From sequence record SRR31156797_4840: a DNA stretch of 64,000 nt; one strand, written 5' to 3'. The notes below the pieces were generated by a model. The model saw only the letters and a list, made by a program, of their open reading frames with translations, was not told the DNA's origin and did no database searches. A program made the translations under genes and the position numbers. Each line of letters opens with the position of its first letter. Positions within the stretch are counted from its first letter, which is position 1. This document shows, in pieces, positions 18,554-29,302 of this stretch.

Positions 18554-20143
18554 TTATTCGTTCGGGTTGATGTCTTCTAATTTGACATACGCACTGGGAC
18601 CATCCATTTTGCGTTCAACAAAGCGCAAGATCTGGGTGGCACTGATGGTCAAGACTAAGTAGATCACACCGATGATCGCAAATGTTTGGAAGTATTGGAA
18701 GTTCGTTCCAGCGGCTGATGTACCTTGGAAGAAGAGGTCTGCAACACTGATGACACTTAAGACGGCAGTATCTTTGATATTGATAATGATCTCATTCCCG
18801 GTAGCTGGTAAAATATTGCGCATCACTTGCGGCAACACGACCTTGATCATGGTTTGCCAATGGGTCATTCCGATGGCTTGAGCTGCTTCAAATTGGCCGT
18901 CATCTACAGCAAAAATCCCCCCACGAACGATTTCAGACATGTAGGCACCCGTATTGATAGAAACGATCAGCACGGCTGCCAGCGTGCGATTCATGGAGAC
19001 ACCAAAGGCTAGAGCAGTTCCGTAGAAAATAACCATTGCTTGAACCATCATTGGGGTGCCGCGGAAAACTTCGATATAAATGGTCAGTAAACCATTGACG
19101 ATGCGTTGGAAGAAACGTCCTACTGGATTTTCTGAAAGCGGCAATGTCCGGAAGATACCGACTAAAAGACCGATAATCAATCCGATGATCGTTGAAAGGA
19201 TCGCGATGAATAAGGTCAAGCCAGCGCCTCGTAAAAAGAGCATGCCGTAATCATCAATGATTTTTTTAAAATCAGCGATCAGACCTTGATCCGCTGTTTC
19301 TCCGCTGGCATCTGCAGGTTGATCTAAGACTGCTTGATCCATCAGGGAAACCCGTTCTTCTTCAGAAATTCCTGCAAGAATCTCATTGACTTTTTCAACA
19401 TCGGGATCGCCTTTGCGCATTCCGACTGCTACTTGGACGTCTTCTGGGTTGGTTTCAAAACCGGCTCCTTCATCGAACTCGACCATCTTCAAATCAGGAT
19501 TTGCACCGACGGCAGTGACGCCTTCTGGACGTTCGCTGACGTAGCCGTCAATGATGCCCGAAGCTAAAGCAACGCGCATGGAGGAGAAGTCCCGCATGGC
19601 TTGTTCTTTTTGGACCTCAGGGATTTGATCTATGACGGTATAATGGAAAGTATTCAGCTGGGCAGTGATTTTTGCCCCCGAAAGATCAGCGAGGCTTTTG
19701 GCATCGGCGAACTCGCCATCTTTACGAACCACTACCACCAAATCTGATTCATAGTAAGGATCGGTAAAATCAATTTGCTCGCGACGTTCGGCAGTTGGTG
19801 ACATACCAGCGATCACAGCATCGATAGTCCCCGCTTGCAAAGCTGGCGGCAAACCGTCCCATTGGGTTTTGACGATCACTAATTCTTTGCCTAAGCCTTC
19901 AGCGATTCGTTTGGCGATCTGGACATCGTAACCGCCGGCAAACGCCGAGCCTTCTTCCCCAGAAATCGGCACGGCACCATTGGCGTCCGTCGTTTGCGTC
20001 CAGTTAAATGGGGCATAGCCTGCCTCCATACCGACACGGAATTGTTCCGCAGGCGTTTGGTCATCCGCTTGCACGGTTAGGGGCAGCTGAATGAGGGTTA
20101 GACAGAGGGCGAAGACTGCCCAGATCCAATTATTTTTTTTCAT
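18554..20143 (-). CDS. Fused substrate-binding/permease amino acid ABC subunit (probably lysine)
   Basis: [11 protein letters not shown] binding domain + FRGTPMMVQ permease; lysine riboswitch upstream. Confidence 0.92.
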   Translation of the reverse strand: MKKNNWIWAVFALCLTLIQLPLTVQADDQTPAEQFRVGMEAGYAPFNWTQTTDANGAVPISGEEGSAFAGGYDVQIAKRIAEGLGKELVIVKTQWDGLPPALQAGTIDAVIAGMSPTAERREQIDFTDPYYESDLVVVVRKDGEFADAKSLADLSGAKITAQLNTFHYTVIDQIPEVQKEQAMRDFSSMRVALASGIIDGYVSERPEGVTAVGANPDLKMVEFDEGAGFETNPEDVQVAVGMRKGDPDVEKVNEILAGISEEERVSLMDQAVLDQPADASGETADQGLIADFKKIIDDYGMLFLRGAGLTLFIAILSTIIGLIIGLLVGIFRTLPLSENPVGRFFQRIVNGLLTIYIEVFRGTPMMVQAMVIFYGTALAFGVSMNRTLAAVLIVSINTGAYMSEIVRGGIFAVDDGQFEAAQAIGMTHWQTMIKVVLPQVMRNILPATGNEIIINIKDTAVLSVISVADLFFQGTSAAGTNFQYFQTFAIIGVIYLVLTISATQILRFVERKMDGPSAYVKLEDINPNE

Positions 20144-20193
20144 TTTTTCTCTTTCCTTTCACGAGTTGGACAAGCAGGTAAGGATGAAAAAGC

Positions 20194-20232
20194 AAAAAAA
20201 CAGCCGTACTCCATGATTGGAAAACGGCTGTT
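20194..20232 (-). terminator. Riboswitch expression-platform terminator
   Basis: AACAGCCGT/ACGGCTGTT stem + U7 on the minus strand. Confidence 0.8.
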
Positions 20233-20261
20233 GACAGGTCATCGTCGACAAACCTTTCACA

Positions 20262-20430
20262 AAACATAGCGCAACTTAGACAAGCTAAGACAGTCCGCAA
20301 ATTGTTCATTTGCGGCCCAACAAAATCGATGCAAGCAAAACCGACCTTGTTTCGGCGATGTTCCCTAGCTCTGCTGTAAACGTGTTGCTTCACTCAGCAG
20401 GATTAATGAACCTCGCGACCTCTACCTAAA
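20262..20430 (-). promoter_or_regulatory. Lysine riboswitch (L-box)
   Basis: Minus strand reads AGAGGUCGC...AGGGAACAUCGCCGAA...UUGGGCCGCAAAUGAACAAUUUGCGGACUGUC...GCGCUAU, the hallmark L-box segments. Confidence 0.92.
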
Positions 20431-20579
20431 TGTTAAAGGGTACTCGTATTTAATTTGATTCTTCTCAGAGTTTAGAAGAAAAGCACCCAAATGTCAATTC
20501 TTTTTAACAAAAAAACGACCATTTCCCTATTTTTATCAAAGAGAAAGCGGATCGTTTTTACGAGTGTCTATTGGAACCC

Positions 20580-20882
20580 TTAAGCGACTTTCGCTTTTGG
20601 TTCACGGCCTAAAACAGCTTGGATGACTGTCAAAGCAAGCAATAAGCCAAGTGCTAGATAGATGAGGCTTGAGTATTGTGTAACGCCCCAATCTTGTCCG
20701 AAGGTACGGTAAACCACAAGGACGATGGCTTGAATGATTGCTGTGATGACATTTAAAAAGCCGAATGCCCATAAATTGCCATTTTCTTTACGTGCTAAAT
20801 AGAAGATAGAGAAATATAAGCTGACTGCCAACCAACCGAAACTGATAATGATCATTGCCCAATAAATAATAGCTGCTACCAA
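20580..20882 (-). CDS. Small hydrophobic membrane protein (3 TM)
   Basis: TTG start with RBS GAGGTG; three hydrophobic segments. Confidence 0.8.
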   Translation of the reverse strand: MVAAIIYWAMIIISFGWLAVSLYFSIFYLARKENGNLWAFGFLNVITAIIQAIVLVVYRTFGQDWGVTQYSSLIYLALGLLLALTVIQAVLGREPKAKVA

Positions 20883-21112
20883 TGTATTTCACCTCACTTT
20901 GATTCGTGACTAGTTTACCACGTTTTTTGTTCCTTGTCATGAAGGAATCTCTTTCTTTGTGAGGCAAAAAACAAAGAGCAAGAGCAGTAATGAAAAGATC
21001 ATCTACTACATTTGCTATTGGTGGGTTTACTGAAAAGAGACGATTTTTCTAGATCGGTTCATTTTCAGCTGTGTATAATAGAAATAAACTGTTTTTTGCA
21101 GAAAACTACGAG

Positions 21113-21166
21113 TTAAGAATCAATTAATAATTAGTTAATAGCTGATTTAGATCTGCTTGCTAGAAT
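21113..21166 (+). promoter_or_regulatory. Promoter with four 11-bp-spaced direct repeats (putative OmpR-family site)
   Basis: TTAAG/TTAAT/TTAAT/TTTAG at 21113, 21124, 21135, 21146, then TGcTAGAAT extended -10. Confidence 0.65.
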
Positions 21167-21197
21167 GAGCACAGAAGCAAGCAAGGAGGAAGTAAAA

Positions 21198-22115
21198 ATG
21201 GAAAATGTTCTTAAAATCAAAGGATTAAACAAACGTTACGGCAAACAGCAGGCGCTACATGATGTCGATCTAACGATCGCTAAGGGAGATATTTATGGAT
21301 TGGTGGGGAGAAATGGTGCTGGGAAGACGACCCTATTAAAAGCGATCGTTCAGTTGATCCAACCAACTAGTGGCAGTCTGCAGTTGTTTGATGTTGAAGG
21401 CGGCAAAGCGTACACTCAGATGCTGAAACGGGTCGGTAATGTGATTGAGACCCCAGTCGCTTACGACCAATTGACCGCTGAACAAAATTTGAACTATTAT
21501 TGCAAAATCAGCGGGGTGGTGGAACCTGAGGCGGTCAGTAAAGCATTGGCGTTTGTCGGATTGACCAATGTTGGCCACAAGAAATACCGTGATTTTTCTT
21601 TAGGGATGAAACAAAAACTGGGCTTAGCGATTGCTTTATTGAATCAGCCGGATTTTCTAATTTTAGATGAGCCGATCAATGGCTTGGATCCTGTAGCGAT
21701 CGTTGAATTTCGGGAGCTGCTTTTACGATTGAATCAAGAACGTGGCATGACGATTTTGATCTCCAGCCATATTTTAGAAGAGCTGTACCTAGTGGCTACA
21801 CGTTTTGGGGTCATTAGTGAGGGGCGTCTGATCAAAGAGATGACCAAACACGAATTCGATCTGATGGCGAAACGGTTTATTCAATTAGAAGTGGATGATG
21901 TAGCCACAGCTAGCCGCTTGCTAGAGAGTCAGCTGATTTCCGAATATAAAGTCGTCAGTGACCACAAAATTCATATTTATCAAGAGAATGTGTTGATTCG
22001 TGACCTGGTCCGTCAGCTGGTTTATGAAGGGATCGCTATCGACCGGATTTCTTTTGAAGGGGAAAATCTAGAGTCGTATTTCAAAGAGTTAGTAACAAGT
22101 GAAGGGGGAAATTAA
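21198..22115 (+). CDS. BcrA-like ABC transporter ATP-binding protein
   Basis: GRNGAGKT, FSLGMKQ, LDEPINGLDP, ISSH; ATG 21198 with RBS AGGAGG. Confidence 0.92.
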   Translation: MENVLKIKGLNKRYGKQQALHDVDLTIAKGDIYGLVGRNGAGKTTLLKAIVQLIQPTSGSLQLFDVEGGKAYTQMLKRVGNVIETPVAYDQLTAEQNLNYYCKISGVVEPEAVSKALAFVGLTNVGHKKYRDFSLGMKQKLGLAIALLNQPDFLILDEPINGLDPVAIVEFRELLLRLNQERGMTILISSHILEELYLVATRFGVISEGRLIKEMTKHEFDLMAKRFIQLEVDDVATASRLLESQLISEYKVVSDHKIHIYQENVLIRDLVRQLVYEGIAIDRISFEGENLESYFKELVTSEGGN

Positions 22116-22116
22116 G

Positions 22117-22878
22117 ATGTTGAATTTTATTCGAGCCGATTTGTATCGTTTATCAAGAAGTAAAAGTTTTTGGATCACAGAAGGAATTATTTTATTGTTG
22201 GTGATTTTATCCGTTGTTTCCAATGGTAGTGTAGGGGTCACTCTTGGGGATAGTACGCAAACAGGAGGCAGCCTTACGGAAATGACTGGCTTTCTGGCGA
22301 TCCAGACCAGTTTGTCTTCCATGTTGCTGTATTACTCCTTGCCATTGGTGATGCAGGTCTTAGGCAGTGAGTACACGAAAGGGACCATGAAGAATATCAT
22401 TACCGTTGGTGTCTCCAAACCCGCTTATCTTTTTGGGAAATTCTTGGTTTATACATTGGTGCTGGTCTTACAGATCGTCGCGATTTGTTTGGTGAGCTTT
22501 GTAGCGGGAACGGTTATTGGGGGGATTGGTTATAATGACCTTTCACAGATAGAAAACTTGTTGTATTATTTCGTTAGTTTTGTACTGATTTTATTAGCGA
22601 CTTCCTCTTTTGCAGTGCTAGTTTTGTATTTGACCAAAAATACAGCGGTCAGCGTGTTGGCGACGATTTTTATTCCGATGGCCTTTGCGATTGCCCGAAT
22701 CTCTTTACCCAACTGGAAGTTTTTAGAATACTTGGACTTTCAAGGCGGTTTAGAGATGGTGACCATGACTACTTTCCAAACATGGGAAACAGTCCAACCC
22801 ATTTTTCTTGGGAGCCTGATCAGTTTATTGCTTTGCCTCTTGGCTGCGCATCTGGTGTTTAAGAGACAAGAATTGTAA
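22117..22878 (+). CDS. ABC-2 type permease (BcrB-like)
   Basis: 6 TM; EYTKGTMKN motif; ends FKRQEL. Confidence 0.88.
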   Translation: MLNFIRADLYRLSRSKSFWITEGIILLLVILSVVSNGSVGVTLGDSTQTGGSLTEMTGFLAIQTSLSSMLLYYSLPLVMQVLGSEYTKGTMKNIITVGVSKPAYLFGKFLVYTLVLVLQIVAICLVSFVAGTVIGGIGYNDLSQIENLLYYFVSFVLILLATSSFAVLVLYLTKNTAVSVLATIFIPMAFAIARISLPNWKFLEYLDFQGGLEMVTMTTFQTWETVQPIFLGSLISLLLCLLAAHLVFKRQEL

Positions 22879-22884
22879 GAGCAG

Positions 22885-22936
22885 AAAAACGCCCAACCGT
22901 ATCGACTAGTGAAGGTCGAGCGATTGGGTGTTTTTT
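22885..22936. terminator. Bidirectional terminator
   Basis: AAAAACGCCCAA...TTGGGTGTTTTT. Confidence 0.7.
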
Positions 22937-22951
22937 GTGTATAGCCATGAG

Positions 22952-23857
22952 TTAGTGGGATTCAACGGACTGCTGCCAAAAAAGGGTCAAACGAAACGTC
23001 TCTTCGGTTGTATCCAATTGGATCTTGCCGTCTAATGCATTAGTCAATGCCGCGATGATATACAGACCAAGTCCGGCTTGCTGTTTATGCCGTGAAAGGT
23101 CTTCGGTATAAAAGCGGTGGGTCAATTTTTCTGGGTGCTGGATCGGTGATCTCAGCTGATTTTCCTGTTGGAAAACGATGCGATCTCCTTGCTGATTCAA
23201 GCGGATCGTCCCCGTTTCACTGCCATGTTCCAGCAGGTTACCAAGGACATTTTGGAAAATTCGTTGCCAGCTTTTTTTATCTGAAATGATCATGATGTTG
23301 GGTTGGATCGCAACCGTCAGTGATAAATGGTTTTCCTCAAAAGAAGGATAAAGCTGGAGCAGTTCTTCTTCCAATAAACGAGAAAGATTGAATTCTTCCA
23401 AAGTCAAAGCGAGCTGATTGTCTTTGAGACGCTGATAGGTCAACAACTGTTCCAGATGATTTTCGACTTTTTCTAGGTTGCTGCTGACTTTATCCAGCAG
23501 CTGTAGTTGTTGCGGGGTGAGGGTCGCATCGGCTTGCAGCAGTTGTGTGTAGCCGCTGGCGACCGTCAAAGGTGTGCGTAAGTCGTGAGAGATATTTTGA
23601 ATGGCTTGTTCCAACTGCTGGTTTTCTTGCAGCATTTGATAGTGTTGCTGCTTATTTTTTCTAAGTATCTGATTGTTTAACAAGGCGATCGCTTTTAAAG
23701 CGGGGACGCGGGTCTGTAAATGGATCTCTTGATTTGTTTCGATTTCGCTGATTCTTGTTAATTGCTGGTGGTACTTTTTTAGATCATATAGTAAGAAAAA
23801 CCAATAGCCAAACAATAACACAACGATCAGAGCGGCGAAAAACTGAAGTATATGCAT
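22952..23857 (-). CDS. Sensor histidine kinase (single TM, no extracellular domain)
   Basis: ISHDLRTPLT H-box, RFY, GLGLYI. Confidence 0.92.
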   Translation of the reverse strand: MHILQFFAALIVVLLFGYWFFLLYDLKKYHQQLTRISEIETNQEIHLQTRVPALKAIALLNNQILRKNKQQHYQMLQENQQLEQAIQNISHDLRTPLTVASGYTQLLQADATLTPQQLQLLDKVSSNLEKVENHLEQLLTYQRLKDNQLALTLEEFNLSRLLEEELLQLYPSFEENHLSLTVAIQPNIMIISDKKSWQRIFQNVLGNLLEHGSETGTIRLNQQGDRIVFQQENQLRSPIQHPEKLTHRFYTEDLSRHKQQAGLGLYIIAALTNALDGKIQLDTTEETFRLTLFWQQSVESH

Positions 23858-23871
23858 GAGGTTCCTCCTTT

Positions 23872-24540
23872 TTAAGCTAGCTTGACGCCGATGCCCCAGA
23901 CAGTATCGATATACGCTTCATCTGGATCGAGTGTTTTGATTTTGCTGCGTAAATGGCTGATATGGACATTGATCGTGTTTTCTTCACCGTAGTAAGGTTC
24001 TTGCCAAACAGCTTCATAGAGCATTTCTTTGGTATAAACTTTTTTGGGGTTCGCTAAGAGCAGGGAAAAAATCTCAAACTCCTTTTTCTTTAACTGAACC
24101 GTTGCCTCTCCTCGTTGCAGCTGAAACGAGTCAGGCAACAGTTGAATGTTTTTATACGAGTGGCTGCTGGCAACTGGAGGGGGTTGTTTATTTGTTCGCA
24201 ATTGAACAATGATACGTGCCTTTAATTCTTCGACATTGAAGGGTTTGGTCAAGTAATCATTGGCACCCGCCAGCAAAAGGGTGGAAACATCGGCTGGTTC
24301 ATCTAAGGCAGTCAAGATAATGACGGGGACCGTGGAGATTTGGCGAATCTCTTGCAAGACTTGTGTCCCATCTTTACCAGGGAGCATTCGATCTAGCAAA
24401 ATCAAGTCGAAAGCATCTTGCTGAAAAAGCAGCAGACCTTCCGTGCCTGAATAGGCTTGCTGGACGGTATAGTCAGCTGCTAAAATAGTAGCCAACATTT
24501 CGCTGATCTCATTGTTGTCTTCGATAATCAAAATTTTCAT
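23872..24540 (-). CDS. OmpR-family response regulator
   Basis: LLDRMLP, DYLTKPF, TVWGIG. Confidence 0.95.
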   Translation of the reverse strand: MKILIIEDNNEISEMLATILAADYTVQQAYSGTEGLLLFQQDAFDLILLDRMLPGKDGTQVLQEIRQISTVPVIILTALDEPADVSTLLLAGANDYLTKPFNVEELKARIIVQLRTNKQPPPVASSHSYKNIQLLPDSFQLQRGEATVQLKKKEFEIFSLLLANPKKVYTKEMLYEAVWQEPYYGEENTINVHISHLRSKIKTLDPDEAYIDTVWGIGVKLA

Positions 24541-24697
24541 TTGGTTTTCCCATTCTTCTTGTATTTATTGCATTTATTATAAGCAATTCCGCAAGAAAAA
24601 GCATTAGTTGCTTTTAAAAAAGAAAATGGCTGATTTTTCGCAAAAACGGTTCTTTTTCGGTTAGAATAAGAGAAAAGCCATAAAGGAAGTTAGAACG

Positions 24698-25390
24698 ATG
24701 AAGGTATCTATTGAGCAAGCAATCGCAACGGTCACCGCCGCATCATCCGTGACCTTTTTGACGGGTGCCGGTGTTTCAACCCCATCGGGCATTCCTGATT
24801 ACCGTTCCTTAAAAGGGGTCTATCAAGGACTGGCCCAGCCAGAGTATTTGTTAAGCCATGACTGTTTAGAAAACGAACCGGAAACATTTTATCAGTTCGT
24901 CAAGCACCTCTACCATCCTCAGGCCCAGCCGAACATCATTCATCAAAAAATGGCTGCGCTGCAAACGAAAAAAACAGTTTGGGTCGTTTCACAAAACATC
25001 GATGGACTGCATGAAAAAGCGGGGAGTCACCAAAGAATCGATTTTCACGGCTCTTTGTACAACTGTTATTGCCGAAAATGCGGTAATCCGGTACCTTGGC
25101 AAGCGTATTTGCAGGATTGGCACCATGCAGGATGTGACGGTCAGATTCGGCCGGCGATCGTGCTTTATGGGGAAGGATTTACGGATGAAACCATTGAGGG
25201 AGCCATTCAAGCCGTTGCTCAAGCCGACCTGACGGTGGTCGTGGGGACTTCGCTGCAAGTCTATCCTTTTGCAGGGCTAGTCGATTACAGCCAGCAGGTG
25301 TTGGTCATCAATAAGGAACCATTGGCGATCCCGAATGAATATGGCATGTTGACCGCAGCAGCCGAAACGTTTTTCCAGAAAATTGAATGA
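24698..25390 (+). CDS. cobB: NAD-dependent protein deacylase (sirtuin)
   Basis: [32 protein letters not shown]. Confidence 0.93.
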   Translation: MKVSIEQAIATVTAASSVTFLTGAGVSTPSGIPDYRSLKGVYQGLAQPEYLLSHDCLENEPETFYQFVKHLYHPQAQPNIIHQKMAALQTKKTVWVVSQNIDGLHEKAGSHQRIDFHGSLYNCYCRKCGNPVPWQAYLQDWHHAGCDGQIRPAIVLYGEGFTDETIEGAIQAVAQADLTVVVGTSLQVYPFAGLVDYSQQVLVINKEPLAIPNEYGMLTAAAETFFQKIE

Positions 25391-25403
25391 AGGAGTTTAT
25401 GAT

Positions 25404-26252
25404 ATGACACAACGTACCGAAAAAGAGAAAATGATTGCTGGCGAATTGTACTTTTCCCCAGATCCAGAATTGGTGGCAGACCGGAAATATGCCCGTGAAC
25501 AAATGAACCTGATCAACCAAGAAACTGATACAAAAATCAAAGAGCAGTTACTAAAAGAAACTTTCGGCTCTGTGACTGGTCGAATCTATATCGAACCGAA
25601 TGTCCGCTTTGATTATGGCTACAATATTTCTGTCGGCAAAAACTTCTATGCTAACTACGACTGTGTGTTACTAGATGTTTGCCCGATTACCTTTGGTGAC
25701 AATTGTATGCTGGCACCCAATGTTCGGTTGTTTACGGCGACTCATCCATTACATCCGGTCAAACGAAACAGTGGCTTAGAATTAGGAGCACCGATCGTGA
25801 TTGGCGACAACGCATGGATCGGTGGCGCGGCCACGATTTTGCCAGGGGTCCGCTTAGGCAACAATGTCGTGGTGGGGGCTGGCAGTGTGGTCACAAAATC
25901 ATTCCCAGACAATGTTGTGCTGGCGGGAAATCCGGCACGGGTCATCAAGACGATCGACTTGGAAGAAGAAAACAACCAGCAAGATCCTTTGGCTGTTCAG
26001 CGAGCGGCGATCGATGACATTGATTGGCAGCTCACGCATCTTTTAGAAAAACGCATGAGTACAGTCAATGAAATCGTGCAATTGAAGAAAAGTAGTCAGT
26101 TGCCGGTTTTAGATGAAAATCGTGAAGAGAAAGTGCTGGAAAATATTCGGCAGGCGATTTCAAATCAAGCCTATGAGGAAACGATTTTAGCCATGTTTCA
26201 ATCAATTATGAAACACTCAAAAACCTATCAAGAGAATCAATTGGAGGAATGA
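25404..26252 (+). CDS. Maltose/galactoside O-acetyltransferase fused to a C-terminal chorismate mutase (AroQ/CM_2) domain
   Basis: TEKEKM..G, DYGYNI, hexapeptide repeats, GNPARVIK; then [18 protein letters not shown]...DENREEKVL. Confidence 0.88.
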   Translation: MTQRTEKEKMIAGELYFSPDPELVADRKYAREQMNLINQETDTKIKEQLLKETFGSVTGRIYIEPNVRFDYGYNISVGKNFYANYDCVLLDVCPITFGDNCMLAPNVRLFTATHPLHPVKRNSGLELGAPIVIGDNAWIGGAATILPGVRLGNNVVVGAGSVVTKSFPDNVVLAGNPARVIKTIDLEEENNQQDPLAVQRAAIDDIDWQLTHLLEKRMSTVNEIVQLKKSSQLPVLDENREEKVLENIRQAISNQAYEETILAMFQSIMKHSKTYQENQLEE

Positions 26253-26773
26253 GTATGGATGGAGCAACACGTCGAGAAACGATTTTAGCGGCATTGAAGC
26301 AAGCGGACAAAGCGATCAGTGCCAGCAAACTGGCAGAATCACTAGGAGTCAGTCGCCAAATCATCGTTGGGGACATTGCCTTGCTGCGAGCAGCCGGTGA
26401 AGCGATCGCGGCCACTGCTCGCGGCTATCGACTGCAAGCACTGTTGAATGAGGCGGGGCATGTCAGCAAGCTAGCGGTGCAGCATCGGCCTGAACAAACC
26501 GAAGAAGAATTGCGGATTTTTGTCGCTTGTGGCGTGGAAGTGGTCGATGTCATCGTTGAACATGAAATCTATGGAGAGATCACTGGCAATTTGCAGATTC
26601 AAACAGACCAAGACGTGACTGATTTCATCAACAAAACCCAACATGCAGAAGCCCGCTTGCTCTCTGATTTAACCAACGGGGTGCACTTGCATACGCTGCG
26701 TTATACCGATCCTGCGGCTCTGGAAAAAGCCAAACAACAGTTAGCAGAAAAAGGCATGCTCTATCAAAATTGA
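26249..26773 (+). CDS. niaR: Niacin-responsive repressor (HTH + 3H domain)
   Basis: [23 protein letters not shown] and GVHLH histidines. Confidence 0.9.
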   Translation: MSMDGATRRETILAALKQADKAISASKLAESLGVSRQIIVGDIALLRAAGEAIAATARGYRLQALLNEAGHVSKLAVQHRPEQTEEELRIFVACGVEVVDVIVEHEIYGEITGNLQIQTDQDVTDFINKTQHAEARLLSDLTNGVHLHTLRYTDPAALEKAKQQLAEKGMLYQN

Positions 26774-26847
26774 GGCGTAAACCATTCTGGCAAGGACGCT
26801 ATCGGCAGTCTTGGGGAACACTTAGATGAAAAAATTGTGATTTTTTG

Positions 26848-26876
26848 TTGACAAGACGTTCATTTTCCAGTAAAGT
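26848..26876 (+). promoter_or_regulatory. Sigma-A promoter of the met leader
   Basis: TTGACA-17 bp-TAAAGT. Confidence 0.75.
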
Positions 26877-26894
26877 ACAACTCAACAAGAATAA

Positions 26895-27162
26895 TGAATC
26901 TGTTGAGAAGGAAAGTAACCGCGGATACTTTAAAGAGAGACTCTGGTTGGTGGAAAGAGTCAAGTCAGAAGCGATGAAAAATGGCCTTGGAGGATTGATT
27001 GTCGATAAGTAGGCAATCACGGATGCGCACTACCGTTACAAAGTGCACCAATCTCTAGCACGGCTAGACGTTGGGTTGAGGGAAGGGAAACCTTCTAAAC
27101 AAAAGGTGGTAACACGAGTATTCGTCCTTTTACTAGCAAACGCTGGTAAAAGGACTTTTTTT
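26895..27162 (+). promoter_or_regulatory. T-box riboswitch 1 (Met specifier)
   Basis: AGAGA box, GGTG loop, specifier ATG at 26981-26983, T-box AAGGTGGTAACACG, terminator GTCCTTTTAC/GTAAAAGGAC-T7. Confidence 0.9.
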
Positions 27163-27184
27163 ATACACAAAAATCAAATAGCAC

Positions 27185-27461
27185 CACACACGAAGAATTG
27201 GTAAGTACAAAAGCACGTTTTTTCAACAGAGAGCTTCGGTAGCTGAAAAGAAGCATCAAACGACTTTTAGAAAATGGCCAAGGAGTGATTCGTTCCGAGC
27301 AGTAGTTTGCAAGGCGACGACGGTAGCGACCGTTATCTGGCTAGAGTATGATCGTACTCGAAAAGGAGCTGTATGCGAGTACAGCTTAAACTGAGGTGGT
27401 AACACGCAAAAAGGCGTCCTCAAACAAGTCACAGGTGACTTGTTTGAGGATGCCTTTTTTT
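27185..27461 (+). promoter_or_regulatory. T-box riboswitch 2 (Met specifier)
   Basis: AGAGA box, GCTGA loop, specifier ATG at 27274-27276, T-box GAGGTGGTAACACG, long terminator + T-run. Confidence 0.9.
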
Positions 27462-27492
27462 ATTGAAAAAGACAAGAACTAGGGGGAAGACG

Positions 27493-28569
27493 ATGATTTC
27501 ATTAAAAGATATATCAGTAACATTCAATCAATCAAAGAAACCCGCGATCCAAGCGGTCAAAAACGTATCGATCGAGATCGACAAAGGGGACGTGTACGGC
27601 ATCGTGGGTTACTCAGGCGCCGGGAAAAGTACACTCGTCCGTGTGATCAACTTATTGCAGCGCCCAAGCAGCGGCAGCGTCGTCGTCAACGGCACGGAGC
27701 TGACCACACTTTCTGCGAAAGACCTGCGAGAAAAACGGAAAACGATCGGAATGATCTTTCAGCACTTCAACTTGATGGACAGCCGCAATGTTTTTGATAA
27801 CGTGGATTTTTCCTTGAAATATGGGGGACGGTCCAAACAGGAACGTCATCAAAAAGTAACCGAGCTGCTGACGCTTGTTGGATTGGAAGAAAAAGCCCAA
27901 GCGTTTCCTAGCCAACTATCTGGAGGGCAAAAGCAGCGGGTCGCCATTGCCAGAGCTTTGGCAAATGATCCAGAGATCTTGCTGTGCGATGAGGCAACTA
28001 GCGCTCTTGATCCGAAAACGACCTTACAGATATTGGCTTTGTTGAAAAAATTAAATCGGACTCTCGGTTTGACCATCGTGATCATTACCCATGAAATGCA
28101 AGTTGTCAAAGAAATCTGCAACAAAGTGGCAGTGATGGAAGACGGTGAAGTTATTGAGCAAGGTTCGAGCGTTCAGATTTTTAGCCAACCAGAAAAACCA
28201 TTGACCAAAGATTTCATCCGAACGGCGACGCACATCGACCAAGCCTTAGAAACGATCCTCGGCAGTTCGAAGTTTTCTTCCTTGGCACCGAATGAATGGC
28301 TGGTGGAGCTGTCCTACGTGGGGGATCAAACCAATGAACCACTGATCGCCCAATTGTACAGTCGCTACAAAGTGACCACCAATATTCTTTACGGTAACGT
28401 GGAGATCTTGCAAGAAGTGCCGATCGGCAGCTTGGTCGTTAGCTTATCCGGAGAGTACCAACAGCGCAAACATGCCTTAGAATATTTGAAGTCTCAAGGA
28501 GTGTACACCAATATTTTAAAAGAAAATCATGCAGAACCATTAAACAATGTGATTAAAGGAGGATTTTAG
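27493..28569 (+). CDS. metN: Methionine ABC transporter ATP-binding protein
   Basis: [19 protein letters not shown]-terminal NIL domain; Met T-boxes upstream. Confidence 0.95.
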   Translation: MISLKDISVTFNQSKKPAIQAVKNVSIEIDKGDVYGIVGYSGAGKSTLVRVINLLQRPSSGSVVVNGTELTTLSAKDLREKRKTIGMIFQHFNLMDSRNVFDNVDFSLKYGGRSKQERHQKVTELLTLVGLEEKAQAFPSQLSGGQKQRVAIARALANDPEILLCDEATSALDPKTTLQILALLKKLNRTLGLTIVIITHEMQVVKEICNKVAVMEDGEVIEQGSSVQIFSQPEKPLTKDFIRTATHIDQALETILGSSKFSSLAPNEWLVELSYVGDQTNEPLIAQLYSRYKVTTNILYGNVEILQEVPIGSLVVSLSGEYQQRKHALEYLKSQGVYTNILKENHAEPLNNVIKGGF

Positions 28570-29250
28570 ATGGCTGCCTTATTAGAAAGATATTTTCCCA
28601 ATGTTGTTGCGATCCAAGATGAATTTGTCGCAGCAACGATCCAAACCTTGTATATGGTTTTTTGGACCTCCTTGATCGCGGGCATCTTAGGCATCTTGTT
28701 AGGGATCGTCCTGGTAGTGACTCGACCGAGTGGAATTTTAGAAAATCGACCACTCTTTGAATTTCTCGATAAGGTCATCAATGTGGTCCGCTCGATCCCT
28801 TTTATTATCTTATTGACGTTGCTAGGAACCTTTACCCGATTTCTTGTGGGAACGACGATCGGCGAAACAGCAGCATTGGTTCCTCTGATTGCTGGGATCA
28901 TTCCTTTCTTTGCTCGGCAGATCGAGATTGCCTTGCTAGAAGTTGACCCCGGTGTCGTGGAAGCAGCCGAAGCGATGGGCACCAGTCCTTTCGGCATCAT
29001 TTTTCGGGTCTATTTGCCAGAAGGCGTGGCGGGAATCATTCGGGTCTCTGCATTGACCGTGATCAATGTGATCGGATTGACCGCCATGGCAGGAGCAGTT
29101 GGCGCTGGCGGTTTAGGTAACTTAGCCATCACCCGCGGGTACAACCGATTCCAGACCGATGTCACGATCATGGCGACCTTGATCATCTTAGTATTCGTTT
29201 TTATCAGTCAATTTGTCAGCAACCTACTCATTAAACGAGTATCACACTGA
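28570..29250 (+). CDS. metI: Methionine ABC transporter permease
   Basis: RSIPFIIL, AMAGAVGAGGLG. Confidence 0.95.
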   Translation: MAALLERYFPNVVAIQDEFVAATIQTLYMVFWTSLIAGILGILLGIVLVVTRPSGILENRPLFEFLDKVINVVRSIPFIILLTLLGTFTRFLVGTTIGETAALVPLIAGIIPFFARQIEIALLEVDPGVVEAAEAMGTSPFGIIFRVYLPEGVAGIIRVSALTVINVIGLTAMAGAVGAGGLGNLAITRGYNRFQTDVTIMATLIILVFVFISQFVSNLLIKRVSH

Positions 29251-29302
29251 CCACCACTTACGTACAAATAAAAAAACAAGCAAGTCTATGGAGGAAGAAA
29301 AA

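Noticed and set aside
20130-20393. 87-aa ORF upstream of the amino acid ABC gene
   Set aside because: Overlaps the lysine riboswitch and terminator; no RBS or protein features
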